The notes beneath the pieces are model-generated. The model made no database searches. It worked only from the letters and a program-made list of their open reading frames with translations, and was not told the DNA's origin. A program made the position numbers and the translations under genes. Below, piece by piece: positions 1-13,600 of a stretch of DNA of 64,000 nucleotides (the first letter of the stretch is position 1; each line of letters starts with the position of its first letter). Source of the DNA: a virus. The stretch is taken from positions 8,201-72,200 of IMG/VR virus record IMGVR_UViG_3300020159_001918. One strand, given 5' to 3'.

Positions 1-10
1 TTTAGAAGGT

Positions 11-3000
11 ATGGATGCAGAAACATTGGTTGAAAGATTTGGCAGTAGGGAAAACGCTGTTAGAATTAGAACAACTGCAAGAAACCTACAGCAGATGCTG
101 TCATCGGGACAAGTAAAAGTTAACGAAATACCCGAACTCGCTAACCAGCTATTAAAACAAGCTCAAAGAGAAGCATTTGTAACTAAGAAAACATATAAGA
201 GATATGTCGGTGGAAAAGTTGATGACATTGACGTATTTAATTACGTAATGCCATATGCACAAAGACAAGCTATAGATACTGAAGGAGCAGTATCGAGACG
301 TGGTAAGAAAAAAGTTCTTGGCGTTACCGATGATACAACATTTGGTAGGTTCACATCTGATTCTGGAGATGAATTATCTTTATTTAAATTTAGACACGTT
401 GGACACAAAATGCTACTTCCAGACATTGCTTCTACGAGTTTAGGTTTATATGAAGCTGGTGGTGGATTCGACTTAGACGACAAGTGGATAACTAATTTGC
501 AATCAGTTAAAAATTCTCAAGGTGTGAGACAGCTTGTGGCATTTGCTTGGCGTCAACCAACTGGACCTCAAGAATTTGCTTTGTTATCGCCACACTTAGA
601 TGAAGGTACGATAATGAGAATGTTCGGAGACGAAACTCAAATGGGACAAAAGTTTAGAAGTGTTTCTAACGCAGTGTCTGAAATGATAAATGATAGAACT
701 GGATTTATTCAGAGTCTTTCATTTGATTTAAGTGATCAACCTTCAGCTGAAGCTATGGAATTATTGAGTAAAGAAGATAAAATATTTAAATACTTAAACG
801 CGCTAGCTCATGGACAGGAACCTATAGCAAAGCATTTTAAGCAGTCCGCTGGAGATATAACTCAAGAAGATTTACAAAGAGCGATATTTAAATTAGTTGA
901 TTTAAATGGAGAGGGAGAGACAGGAAAAATAGTTGACTTATTTGATGGACAAGTCGGTGTTAATGTAGATGACTTTGCAAATAAATACATGGGGGCTGGG
1001 ACAGATGGTGTTAAAGCTGTAAAGCATAAATATCTGAATATTGGCGCAACATCAAAAGTAATACTTGAAAAAGCAGCTTCGACTAAAGCTGGAACAATGT
1101 TAGCTTTAAACATTGACGAAGCACTCAAAACCGGAGACGCTGGACTCATAGCTAGTTATAGGCAAAGTAGTTTAACTCAAATTTTAAAATCTTCAGCGGT
1201 TCCTGAAGCAGATGAAAATTTTATTAAAGCAATTGAAAAAATATATGATTCAAATGTAGGGGCAGGCTCTTACAAGGAAGCGTTTAAGAGAATATCTACT
1301 GAATCAGCAGATAGATCAATGACGCCTATGGAATTTGCTATTAGAATGTCGGGAAGAATGGCTAGGGGTGAATCAGAAGAGATAGCATTGCGGAGCGAGA
1401 ATTGCCCTTGATTCAATGTTCCAAGCATCTGGAGTGAAGTCAATGTCATCTGCTCGTGGAGAATTAGGCAAATATGTTAATAGACTTGGTTGGGCAGTAT
1501 CTTCAGAAGAACAAAGACTGGCAGCAGCAGGTAGAATAAGAGATTATGCACGCACCAATGCTCTTCCACAATTAGAAGAATTAGCTACAAAGCTCGAAGC
1601 TGCTACATCACTTGTATTTAATCCAGAAGGTGCAATCGACGCTGCAGTAGGCGCAGATATGAAAATAAATCTGCTTGCAACAAATAAAGAACTACTTATG
1701 GCATTTAATCTCACTAGAGAAGCTGGTTTTTCTGAAGAGATGGCTCAAACAAGTTTATCAAACGCAATTTTTTCTCTTATGTCAGAAGATGATACTAAAG
1801 AATTAATGAGAATAGCAAGAGCAGCGGGGGTTGACACTAAAGATATGGATAGTCCAAGTATTGTTAGAGCAGTACTTGCAAAAAATAATAAAGCTAGTCA
1901 AGAACTAATTGGTTTAGTAAATCTAACATCAGAAAACGTAGGAAACGCACTTGTTTCTAATACGGCAAAGCAAATGGGAATGATAAGAGCACTACAAGAG
2001 TTGTATCCTGACATAGATTTTAGCGGAATAGGAATGGTTGGTTTTGACGAGTATGCCACACACTTAAAACTATCGGGCATAACGAGTAAAAAAGAGTACG
2101 GTGATATCAACAGAGTATTGGATTCCATTGCAGATGGAGGTAGAGAGGTCTACGAAGCACACGGAATGGAAATGCCAGAAGGTAGCGTGATAAGCCAAAT
2201 AAACAATTTAACTAGAGCTGGAGGAAAGGGAAAGAAAGTAAAAGGAGAGCAAGTTAAATTACAACTTCTCAAGATAATGGGGTTAGATGACGATGGTAAA
2301 GAAAATTTTGGAACAGTAAACGTAGACGACGTTATGCAAAGTGCGATGAAAGATATGGCTTTAGAAGAAGATAGATTGGGAAGAATAAAGTATAATCCTT
2401 TTGCTCCGTCTGAACCATTAGCTGCCAGGCTTAAAACAGGACCACTAGATCAGGCCATGAAGGACTTAACAGACAATCTTACAGGTCGTTTAGAGGGCGG
2501 TGAATTTTTTGGAAAATCAATGCAAGATTTAGTTATTGAAAATAATCTTTTAAGAGAAGTTAAAGACGTTAACTTCAATATGTCTACGCTTAATCCTGGT
2601 GGAAAGTTGGCAAGCAAATTAGTTGAGAGAGGTGTATTATCTCAAAACGACATAGATACTTTATTAAAACGACAATCACGTAGTTCTTTTGATCAGGCAA
2701 AAACTATAGTTATGGGCAGATTAAAGGCATCAGAAAATTTTGCTCAACAAGAAGCTGGAACTGCTATTCAAGAATTCTTTACAGCTCACATCCAAAGATT
2801 TATGGATAAAGAAGTAACAATTGGACCAGAACTAGTTATGGAAAAACTATTGTTTGAAATAGAAGAAATGAAAAACGCAACACGTATGTCAAATCCTAGT
2901 ATGATCCAAGAGACTCTCAGTTCCATGGGGTACATGTTGGAAAATGTGTTAAGCTCAGATAAACCAATTGTAATTGAAGTACCTGGAATGGAAAAATTTT

Positions 3001-4152
3001 CTGTTCAACAACTCTCTGCTTTTGTAAGAAATAAAAATGAATTAATGTTAACTGGTTTTTTAGCACAAAAACAAACTGATGATATGGCTGTTTTAATTAA
3101 AGCACTTTCTGACAATCGCATGATTACTGATCTAGATCTAGACGTTCCAGAAAACTTAATGAATAAAGATTTTCTGTCTAAATTATTTCAGGTAGATAAA
3201 AAATCAGCAACAAATATTGAAACAGGACTTTTAAAATCAATTCCAAAACTGGTTAACGCAGAAGAAGTACAGCAAGTTTTAGATGGCATGGCTGGTTCAT
3301 CAATAGACTTGGAACTTTTAGAAGACTTTCTTGCTTTTGACGGAGATAATTTAGATTTAGAAGGAGGTATTATTGGTCAAAGAATTAGAGACGCTTCTGC
3401 TGGTAAAACAGAAGAAGAAATTGCGCAAGAAATTACAAATAGAATAAGATTAATTGGCACGATTAGAAAAAGATACACCGCACAATTAGAATCTCAGCGT
3501 CCAGAATATCTTGCATTTGACGCTATGCTAGAGGGTGGTGAGGCAACAGCAGAGGGTATAGTAACCCCTACTCTAAGATCGGCTCCGGGAGAAAGGCCAA
3601 TGGAGACGATAGATGAAGCAATAAGAAAAATGGTAGATGGTTTTAAGCTTGAGGCTGATGAAGAAACAGAGAGATTAGCTAGGTCAGCTGTTAGTAGTAC
3701 ATTTGCTGACACTGGTCCAGTTGCTTCTGGAAAGTACACCAGAATACAAGACTTTATGAAGTCACCACAGATGAGAGAGCTATATGAAGGAGCATTAAAA
3801 AATAAAGGAAAGATAGCTGGTGTAGCTGCAATAGCCACTGGTCTTGCAATCTTTGGATCAATTAACAAAAAAGAAAGAACACAAGAAGCAATGTCTGGTC
3901 CTCCGTTGTTGCCAGGGGGCAATCCATATGAGAGAATTCCAAATTCACCAATGGGATTTTCAGACGCGCCAATTTCGCAAAATGGTCAAGGAATGTCTTA
4001 TAACATATCAGTAGATGGAGATCAAGACAATATAGAACAATTTATGAATAGAGCGCGGATTAGTAACAAATGGGAATGTCCAAGGTACTATGCATGATAG
4101 CCTCCCTTCTTTAGGACGTAATCCTTACGACGATATAGCGGGTTCTTTCTAA
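11..4152 (+). CDS. Large virion-associated protein (>=1379 aa; the 5' end is probably outside the window), read through two +1 shifts at CGG 1391 and CGG 4056
   Basis: Track ORFs 11..1411 and 1416..4097 lie in successive +1 frames. The second frame is open from 1392 (GGA GCG AGA ATT GCC CTT GAT TCA ATG TTC...). The third frame is open 4057..4152 (GGA TTA GTA ... TTC TAA). The frame is also open back to nt 2, and ATG 11 has no properly spaced RBS. There is a C-terminal hydrophobic segment (GKIAGVAAIATGLAIFGSI). No family recognised. Confidence 0.6.
1391..1394 (+). other. CGG +1 recoding site 1 (TTG CGG AGC -> TTG [C] GGA GCG)
   Basis: In-frame CGG. The 0-frame stop TGA comes 6 codons later. 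The +1 frame continues into the 893-aa track ORF. Confidence 0.7.
4056..4059 (+). other. CGG +1 recoding site 2 (GCG CGG ATT -> GCG [C] GGA TTA)
   Basis: In-frame CGG. The 0-frame stop comes 13 codons later. The +1 frame stays open for 31 more codons to TAA 4150-4152, just upstream of the RBS of the next gene. Confidence 0.55.
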
Positions 4153-4178
4153 TTTTAAATTAAAGGATAAATTATTTT

Positions 4179-4644
4179 ATGGCTGATAACCTTCCTACTG
4201 GATCTGGTGGGGTCGCTAAAACTAACGCCAACCTAGCAGCAGCTGCTTCGGGACCAAAAGCTAACAGTGGCACCCCTAGCCCGGCTAGCGCAACGATTAG
4301 TTCACGGACTAGCTAAAAGAACTAATGATTCAAGGTCAGCAAGTATACATGGATACTCTCCAGAAGCTGGAGCACCTTCTGATCCGCTAAAAGGATCATA
4401 CGAAGGATACATGAATTCATCTCCAGCTTACATCCAGACTAATGGAGCTGGTTATGACAATCCAGCAAATCAACAAGCAAGATACAATAAAAAAAGCTTT
4501 TCTCTTACTGGTGATTCTTTAGCATTTAAAAATTCAAATAATATAAAAAATTCTGCTATAATAGATAACTATTCAAGTTCTTTAAAAAAAAATTCTTCTG
4601 GAGATAGATTGTCACAAATGCGTAAAATAGAAGGAATGTTTTAG
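4179..4644 (+). CDS. Small virion-module protein (~154 aa) requiring a +1 shift at CGG 4305
   Basis: ATG 4179 is preceded by AAAGGA. The 0 frame ends at TAA three codons after the CGG. The +1 frame is the track ORF 4267..4644, whose listed GTG start has no RBS. The N-terminus is MADNLPTGSGGVAKTNANLAAAASGPK. Confidence 0.6.
4305..4308 (+). other. CGG +1 recoding site 3 (TCA CGG ACT -> TCA [C] GGA CTA)
   Basis: In-frame CGG (4179+126). The 0-frame TAA comes 3 codons later. The +1 frame continues GLAKRTNDSRSAS... Confidence 0.7.
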
Positions 4645-4653
4645 GTAGCATCT

Positions 4654-7600
4654 ATGACCATTAATCAACAAGCATTCGATTATATAAAAGAACAGTTTAC
4701 CACCAAGCAGCAAGCGGACGATTACGTTCTTGAAATTCAACAGATAACATTAAACGCAAATTCAGAGATATTACCTGGGCCAGCATTATTTAAATTAGCA
4801 ACAATTATACCTGGCTTTGAAGGCACAATAGGTGTGTGGGCTGGTATTCGATTGCCATGGGGTATTAAAATTGCTCCACCTGATTTTAACGACATTGCTT
4901 GGCGAAATGCAGCAATTAGGGCACTTAAAAGACAGGGTACAAGAACTGGCGAAAATCCAGTAGATTATATAGTCAATGAGATCCTAAAAGAGTTTGATAA
5001 AAAAATACCAACTAAAAATATTGACCTAACAGATGTAGCTTACGCAAAAGCATTTGAAGCATGGTATAGCGCTCCGTACTCTAAGGTTGATTCATGCTGG
5101 CACTATATGGAGTCAGCTACAATAATGGCCAGCTTTATTGCACAAAGAGTAAAAGATTTTAATATAGGTAGCGATAATTCAGCAGACACTCCACAAACAC
5201 CAGAAGATGTTCAAGAGCCTCCAGCAGTTGAAGAAGATTTACTTGGTCCATCAGTAGAAAGAGCAGCGGTTTTAGAAGAATTTATACAGCGTGGAGCGGC
5301 TATAATTGGTTTTGATAATCATGATAATTCTTATTCGTCAATTAGTCAGTATTATGAAAATTTAGTAAGAAAAAATAATGCAAGCTTTGTTTATGATAGA
5401 GCTTTTCAAGATAACTATGTTAATCAATTTATAGCAGTTGCATCTCCAACTATGGATATAATTAAATTGAATGACACTTATCAAAAATCTTTATTTTATA
5501 AGATTGAAGCGTCAGGTCTTTTTGATCTATTAAGCTACATCGACGCAATGCAGGCATATGGTAGAATTAGATTATCTACTCTTGAAAGAGTTAAAGGTAG
5601 CGCCGGTGCAGCAAATGTTCTAGACGGAGTAAGAGATACTGGTTGGCTTCAGCAGCTTACCGTTGTTCTACAAAGGCTTTCTAGAGACCCTGTAACACTA
5701 GCTACCATCTATAGATATTTCCCAGAACTAATTAACTTTTTCTTTGCTGCATTAGCAGCAACAGCTGACTATTCAAATGATGGAAAAGGTGGCGGCTCAG
5801 AAGATAAACTTAATCAGGGTCAAGCAGTATTAGATGATTTAATGGCTGCTCTTGGTCAAGAAAAAGGGCAAACTATATTTACCGGAGCTTGGGATTTAAT
5901 CAATACTGGTCAAAGAATAGAAAAAGCTATTGCAGAATTTCCATTTAGGCAAAATATTCCACCATCTTCTCCAGACATATTTCATCTTAGATTAGGGGCA
6001 TCTAATTTTTATGTTCCACCAATTGGTATTGATGTTCAGACTCAATTTAAAACAAGTAGCATGGGCGAAGGCGCGCTAAGACAAAAAAATAGTCCAAAGT
6101 TTAATTCTGGATACAAGCATACGACTATTAGTATGCAACTATTCTTTCCTAACTATGAAGAGATATGGGGCATCTCAATTGAAGACGCTTCAAAAATTAG
6201 TCTTAAAGATAACTTCACAATAGATTTTAGTGGCAATGGTGACAATGAAGAAAAGATAGACAAGTTTCTTTCATCTTTAAGAGGTTTAGTTGCCGCGTTT
6301 AAATACGCTCCATTTCTTCCAATTAGAAATCATTATGTAAATTCCGTATATGGAATAACTGGCGTTGCTCTTCAAGGTATGTCGATTTCCACAATACCAA
6401 GTTATCCGTTTGCACTAGTCGTTACATTGAATCTATATAACTTTAATCACAAGCCGTTTCTGCCGATGCTTAATGACTTTAATCAAGCTATTCACTGGGG
6501 TAAGTTTAGACAGTATATGGGCAAGGCAGCTGGAGCTCTTCATAATTATATAAATGAAGAATTCTTAATGTTTGGCAGAGAGGGTCTTATTAATGCAACA
6601 AAAGACGCAATGGTCTCAGTTGCTGAAGCAATGCTTGATACCGATAGAGACGGAGATGTCACTCAGGATGACCTGAGAGGCATGCAGGCGGCTTCTGATA
6701 GGCTCTCGGCCCAAGCTGGAATATCTCCTTCTAAGATTGTTAACGATGCTCTCCTTGGCTATAAGAACGAAGTGTTTACAACTAACGTAGTCAGAGAATG
6801 GACAAACGGTAGCAACCTATCATTCTACATGCCAGCCGAAACTCAAACTAAAATATTTACTCCAGACGTATCTGGTTTCCAATCTGCTGAAGAAAAAGGT
6901 TTGTCTGAAACAGGTAGAAGTTTTTGGAACCAGATGTTAGCTAACTTTGGTATAGACATAAATGAATCAGCTGGATATCATAGAGAATTAGATTCAGTTA
7001 TAACAACCTCTACTGGAAATGTTGTTGAGTTTACCGTAAGTCAAAAAATACTACAGAGCATAGACATACTAACTGCAGGAAGAAATACAACAGATTTTCA
7101 AAAAAAGGCTTATGATTTTATTATAACAAGTTTTATATTTCAGAATCAACTGCAGCTTGACTCTGACAGGAAAGCTTACTTAAGAGATTTCGATAGGATA
7201 GAAAACGCATATGAAGATGTGCAAAGATATGTTTTTGGGGCAATAGTATTTAAAGATGAAACGCTATCTCAAATAAAATCTTTCTTTAAGTCTAAAGCTT
7301 TAAGCACTAGTTCATATCTTGACTTTATGGTTGATGAATACTTGGAGAAGAGAGCAATAAATGTTGGAAAGACCAACGATGCTGATTGGAAAAAACAAGA
7401 AAGATCTTTAATTAAAGATCAGTTTGCAGCTGGCTATAGCGCTATGGTCTATGAAAGATTCTTTAAAGCTGGACCGATCAGAGATTTGATGGAAGCAGCT
7501 AGAGAAAGAAATGGAAGTTTCCACATAAGAGAGTGGGAAGTCCCAATGATAAGAGTTGACATAGATCCAGCTAACGCAATTGTTACTGACGTTTCTATCT

Positions 7601-10600
7601 CAATGAGTAATAACATAATCCCGCTACAAGTACAGATGCAAGATGAGCCAACGTATCAACACATTGGTGGTGGAGATAGTTATATAAATATTTCCATGAA
7701 AGTTTTTGGTGAAAAAGAATTAATAAAATTAAGAAAAATATTTGATCATATTAATGGATTAGCTAGGCTTGAGAATGCAGCTGGAGTTATGGGCTTCTTG
7801 GGAATTAAGAATATAATAACAGCTTTAGCTGGAGTTAAATATGTTCTTCCTCTGTCTTTTAACGTTTCAACTATTCCAAATTTTCCACATGTCTATGATG
7901 TTTCTTTAAGGCTAGTAGACTTTGACATTTTTCAACAAAAACGTGAACAGTTATCTTCTGATCAACAAAGAAAGATGATTGAAGAATTTGGGACAAAGAA
8001 AAATCCATTCTTAAGAATGAAGCAACTATGGGGCTCATTTAATTCATATCCAGATTTTCCATTAGAGATTAGAAATAAAGACAGCGAAGTTGTAGGATGT
8101 CTTGATCCAGATTTCTATTTTAGAAGTTTTGAGATGTTTGATAGAGACGTTATACATAGCGTAACCGATAATAAAGGTAAGCTTTCTAGACTTGATACAT
8201 TTAACGTTGATCCATCTCAAGAAGTAACCGTAGTAACTCAATATGGATCAACCTCATATAAGGGTTCTGCGATCATTGCTAAGTTCAGAGAGTATATATT
8301 AAATGACCAATTAGATGAACTAAAAGCTTATTCTAGAGGAACCTTAGGATTAAAGGCTTCAGAAACAGCTTCTTATATATTGCAAGTCTTAAAAGATGTT
8401 GATCAACCTTATGATAAATTCTTATTAGACTATGTAGACTCTTTGGATGAAGGTGAGTTTGATACTAAAGATTTAGCTGATTCTAGTTGGAGAATATCTT
8501 CAGGTCAGTTAAGAGGTGGAGATTTATCAAGTTCTAATGAAGAAGCAAGAGCAAAATTACAAGCCGCACTATCTGGAAATCAAGAAAAAGATGGTTTTGC
8601 AGAAGACGCTTACGTAAGCTTTGATCCAGACGAGCTAGATGGACATGCTATTATAAACACTTTTCCAGCAGCAGCAGGTGCTTTTGATACAAAAATTCCA
8701 TCAATGATACACACCGCAGACGGGTATCAGTTTGGATATATAGATAAAAAGAATGGAAGATTTTACCTAACCGTAGATGACGTTGCCGTTAAGAAAGATA
8801 GCTCAGTTGAATATGTGGGGATAACCGACACTCAGACACCAGATGTCGGAACAACAAAATCGCTAACCGGAGTTCCTGGAGCAAAAGCACTATCTGAATA
8901 CCAATACTCATATTCATCTGGAGATGAGGGTAAGCCAGAGACTATGAAGTCAAATGGTAACTCAAAAAGTGTTACTGATCACTGGGAAAAAATGATGATA
9001 GATACTCAGTACAGAGATATATCAGGAAGAATGATCAGGGCATTTCCTACATATATGCTTTGGTTGATAGATGAAAAGAATTTTGCCGGCACAAAACTAT
9101 TTGATAATTTCTACGGATTACAGTCTATAATAGATTTTTCAGTAGTATCTTCTGAAGATATCTTAGGTGATACGCTAGTATTTAGAGCTTCCAATATGTA
9201 CGCAAAGCTCTCTACAAAAGAAGCTACAACAATATTCAGTGGAAATGGTGAGACTGACGCTAAGCCTGGTGTAGATAAAATATCACTAACTTCAGGCCTT
9301 GAACAAGTGATTGATAGAACTTTAAATTTTGCAAGAAATCAATTAGGTCATATGGAAAGTCAATACATTGTTGACATAGAAAACATAAGACTTAAGCCAG
9401 GTGTAAGAGTTCACCTAAGAGTTGGTTATGGCGCAAATCCAAACTCACTTCATACAATATTTAACGGTGTAATAACTGAAGTTGAATTAGGAGAAATAGT
9501 TACTGTCACATGTCAATCTGATGCTATTGAACTTAGTCCAGTAGTAAACTCTGTTGACAAAAAGGGATCTAGCGGTCATATAGATGGCGGTCTTAATACT
9601 GGATTGTACTTATCTGAACCAAGAGATTTAATGGTTAGACTTCTTTCGATGGGCACATCTAGAACAAGAGAAGCTTTTGCTCATGCAACAAAAGGAACTG
9701 TATTTTCTGAAAATAAATTTGGGATCAAGCACTTCGGTATGATGCTATATGAGCCTTTGACAGATGAAGAGCGAAATAAAAACTCTGGCATCAGAAACGC
9801 AGCTTCAGATGCATTTCTGGCAGTTGGTCAGGGTAGCGGCATAACTGGTGGAGCTGGTACGGTAGCTGGTGTTTTAAATCCATTTGGTGATAACTCGAAT
9901 GGAACTGGAATAGGTGGATCGCCATTTGGTATTGACGTAAGATTACCAATGGTTGGAATAATGAGAACGATGTGGTCAAACTTCGCATCACAACCAGATC
10001 TAGAATTGTTTAAGAGAAATATTTATCCAGGAAACGGAACTGGTGTAGCTCAATTTCTTGGTGGAGACTTAGGAGACGGTTGGTCAAACGCAGCATCTTT
10101 AACTCCCGAAGACATGCCAAATCCAAGATTAGAATATTTAAATAGACTTACAGATTCTTCATGGAATAATTTACTTCAAAGATATGATGGAGGATCAGAA
10201 AATGCCTCAGCCGCAATAGATAATCTAACACAGGGAATGGAAGCAAGAGCCAGTGGCGGAACTGCAACAGCAGTGCTTGGTGGAGGACTGTTGGCAGCAG
10301 GAGCCGCATTAGCTATTGGTACAGGTGGTATTGCGCTTCCATTCATAGGTGGAGCTATGGCAGTTGGTGGAGGAGCATCTTTGCTTGGAAGCTTAACTGG
10401 TAGAGGTGGCGTAAATATCTGGAAAACGTTTGGTTTAGTTAGCGATCTAGACGATGATATGCCTGGATTTGATGAAGTTTCATTTAGAGCGCAAACATAC
10501 ATGAAATCTGTTTGGGATCTTTTTCAAATGTGCGCAAGACTACTTCCAAACTACATCGTTGCAGTAAGACCGTTCGAAGACAGATCAACAGTATTCTATG

Positions 10601-13600
10601 GCAAACCACACTGGTTATATACGTCAGCAGTAGTCCCAATCACTACTGGTTTTCCTTCTGAAAAAAGAGCTGTAGAACTGGGACTAAAGACTCCAAGTTA
10701 TAGAAGTCCAGATTCTGAATTAATGGATCTCTTAACAAAAGTTAACAAGCAATCAAATTCTACTGCTGATTACGAAGCAATGAGGCAGGCGCAAAATCCA
10801 TCGATATCTATTTCTGAAATAGTTAGACAACAATCATCATACTCGGATATATATGCACCTGCTGGAATATTAAGAGGTAAAGTAATTAACTTCTTGGATC
10901 CTTTTAGAACCGCGTACTACGGAAACAATAAAACAACAAAAGAACAATTATTTAATGATATTATATCGGTAATACCAAAGAATAAAGGTTACGTAACAGT
11001 TGGTTTTCACTTGCCAATAGATTCTAGTGGACAAGCATCTGAGTTAGATATTGAAAAAATAAAAGGTATACACAAAGAAATACCCCAAATGCCGCTTAGG
11101 TTTTCTTTCCCATTTTTCACAGACAGAGTTGCTGGAGCAGTTTTATTAGACTATGCATTCTACGCATTAAGCAGCAATAAGTCAGGAGAAGGTGATGACA
11201 GACTCAAGACTGGAACCATACATGATGGTGATAAAGATTTTGAAAAGTTAGGTCACGATACTTTATATACAACTTTAATAGATACAGAAGCAGGCCTACT
11301 TGCTGGTTCACTAACAGACAACCGTGAAGGTGGCTCTGAAGATGAATTCGTTATAAATCTTGCAGGAGTATCATTTACTGCTGCAGTTAATCCAATCAAT
11401 ACATTTGGTAATGATAAATTTATATTTGACTTAAACACAAGTGGAGTAGCAGGGAGCAAGTCGTTAATAAGAATGCCACTGCCTTCCTTAAAAGAGCAAA
11501 CTAGAGGATTGAATTCTCTTGAGGGATCTTGGGAGTACGAGTATATTAATCAAAATAGAATTACTTCTGGAAGTCCATTTAGTTACAGGGATTGGGGATC
11601 TCCAGTTAGCGCTCTTGATGAGCAATTCTATATAGCCATGAGATGGCCATATGAAATAACTGAAGATAAAGATGATGAAATATTTAAAAAGTTTAAAGAT
11701 AAATATTTCTCAGACAGAGATGTAAATCAATTTTATGGTAAACCAAAAGATTATAAGAACAGAAAAGTTTTAGTTTATAGTCCAACAACTAGAACAGCAG
11801 TTGTGTGTAAGCCAGCATACTTCTTGTGGGGAACAGATAAAGCTGACTTAATTAACGGCTCTTTAGCTGCAAATGATAATACAGATAGTGAAAATAGAAC
11901 TGATGATAATTTTATAAATTTTAAGAGTGATTCTTTTAAGGAAGTAGATTTAGCAGCAGTCGTTTCTCCAGATGCTGCGTACTACCTAGGTGTAATGCAC
12001 CTCACGGAAAATGAAAAAGAGTACTTTGGTTCAGAGAATGATAAAACAGGTAATGATAATAATCACGCAAATGCATCAGCCCAGGCATTAGCAAAAGCCG
12101 GACTTGCTCCGGTACCAATGCCAAGAGACTGCTACTTTACTTTTGTAGATGACAGTGTTCCAGTTGGCGTTGTAACAACAATATACAACCCAGCTAATGA
12201 GTTTAATTATAACGGTGAAACTCATGTTGACATGGATTACTACATTGGCTTTGGTGCCTTCTCGGCAGAGGGTGATGGAAAACTTATAGCAGAAAAAGCA
12301 AATAAATCAGGCATGCAGAAGCTGGGTATATCCGGTACAGCAGATAATCTTGAAAGACAACTAGAGCTATTAAATGAAAGACCAACAGCTTTTACGAACA
12401 CTCAATGGCAAGAGTATATTCCAGTAAGTGGAATAACACTTCTTGATCAAGGCCATTTTGCTGAAGCAGCCGCTAGAGGTGGAAACATCCTTGCTGGTAA
12501 AGAGCAAGAAAATAGTTATTTTGACTACATACTAAAGGCAGAGTACAGCGCTCTTGAAAGAGAAAAGTTATATGAAGTTTTAGATGGTGAGCTTAAAACT
12601 ACTGGAGATGAGGATTCTGGCGCTGGAAGAGAACGTTTTGCTCCTGTATATGATCCAGCTGCACCAGAATCCATAAAAGCTAGAGAGTTTTTTGATGAAG
12701 GATTTAGTCCAGCTACTCATGTAATAGCTGGAAATGGAAGAAATCTTAGTCAAGCAAATGATATATGGGATCAATTTAGATTTGGTTACCATAACGAAAT
12801 CTCAATAAAGAAAATATTTTTTGATGCTTTTGGCATGGATCCTGATGACACAACGCCGCTTCCGGATTTCTTAGTAGCAATATTACGAGATCCAAAAGCA
12901 AATCCAGATATATTTAAATTATTTAGTGCTAATGGTCCAGACAGTACGGCAGTAGATGAATTCAGTTTATTGCTTGGAAGCGATTTTATAGCAAATCCAA
13001 ATCAAAGAACTGGAAAACCATCTGGTACAGCTGATTCAATGGAGAGGCAGATTGAAACAGGGGTTGCATCATCAGTCAGTTCTGATACAGTTAAACAAGC
13101 CATAGAGTTCGCTAGAAAAAACTTAGTTGATGCACCTCTTGACGAAGGTGGGTTGGTCAGATATTTCGATGCTTTAACAAAAACAAAATATAAAAAATTA
13201 GGATTATTCTTACAGTCGCAATCTAATTTGTCTTTAATACTTGGTGCTGATGTTGGTGGTGGGCAGCCAAAAGCAGATGATATAATTAAAGATAACTTTA
13301 CACCAAAGCAAGTGTTTTTATTAATAGTTGGAATGTTTAGACAAGCAATGTGGCAGGACGCATATGCACGAGCTTGGTTGGTACTAAAACCAAACAGACA
13401 GTATACGAGTGATGATATGTGGGACTTTAGCCCTGTTCATAAAATATTTGCTGCATTTATCGATCCAAATCAAGACTACGCATCAAATAAAAGAAAGTTC
13501 TTAAAACTTTTAGCAGACAATAAAGGTGAGGGAAATAGTGCAGGTAACGTAGTTGGTGTACTAACTCATAATATTGATAAATTCTGGGATCAAAATATTG

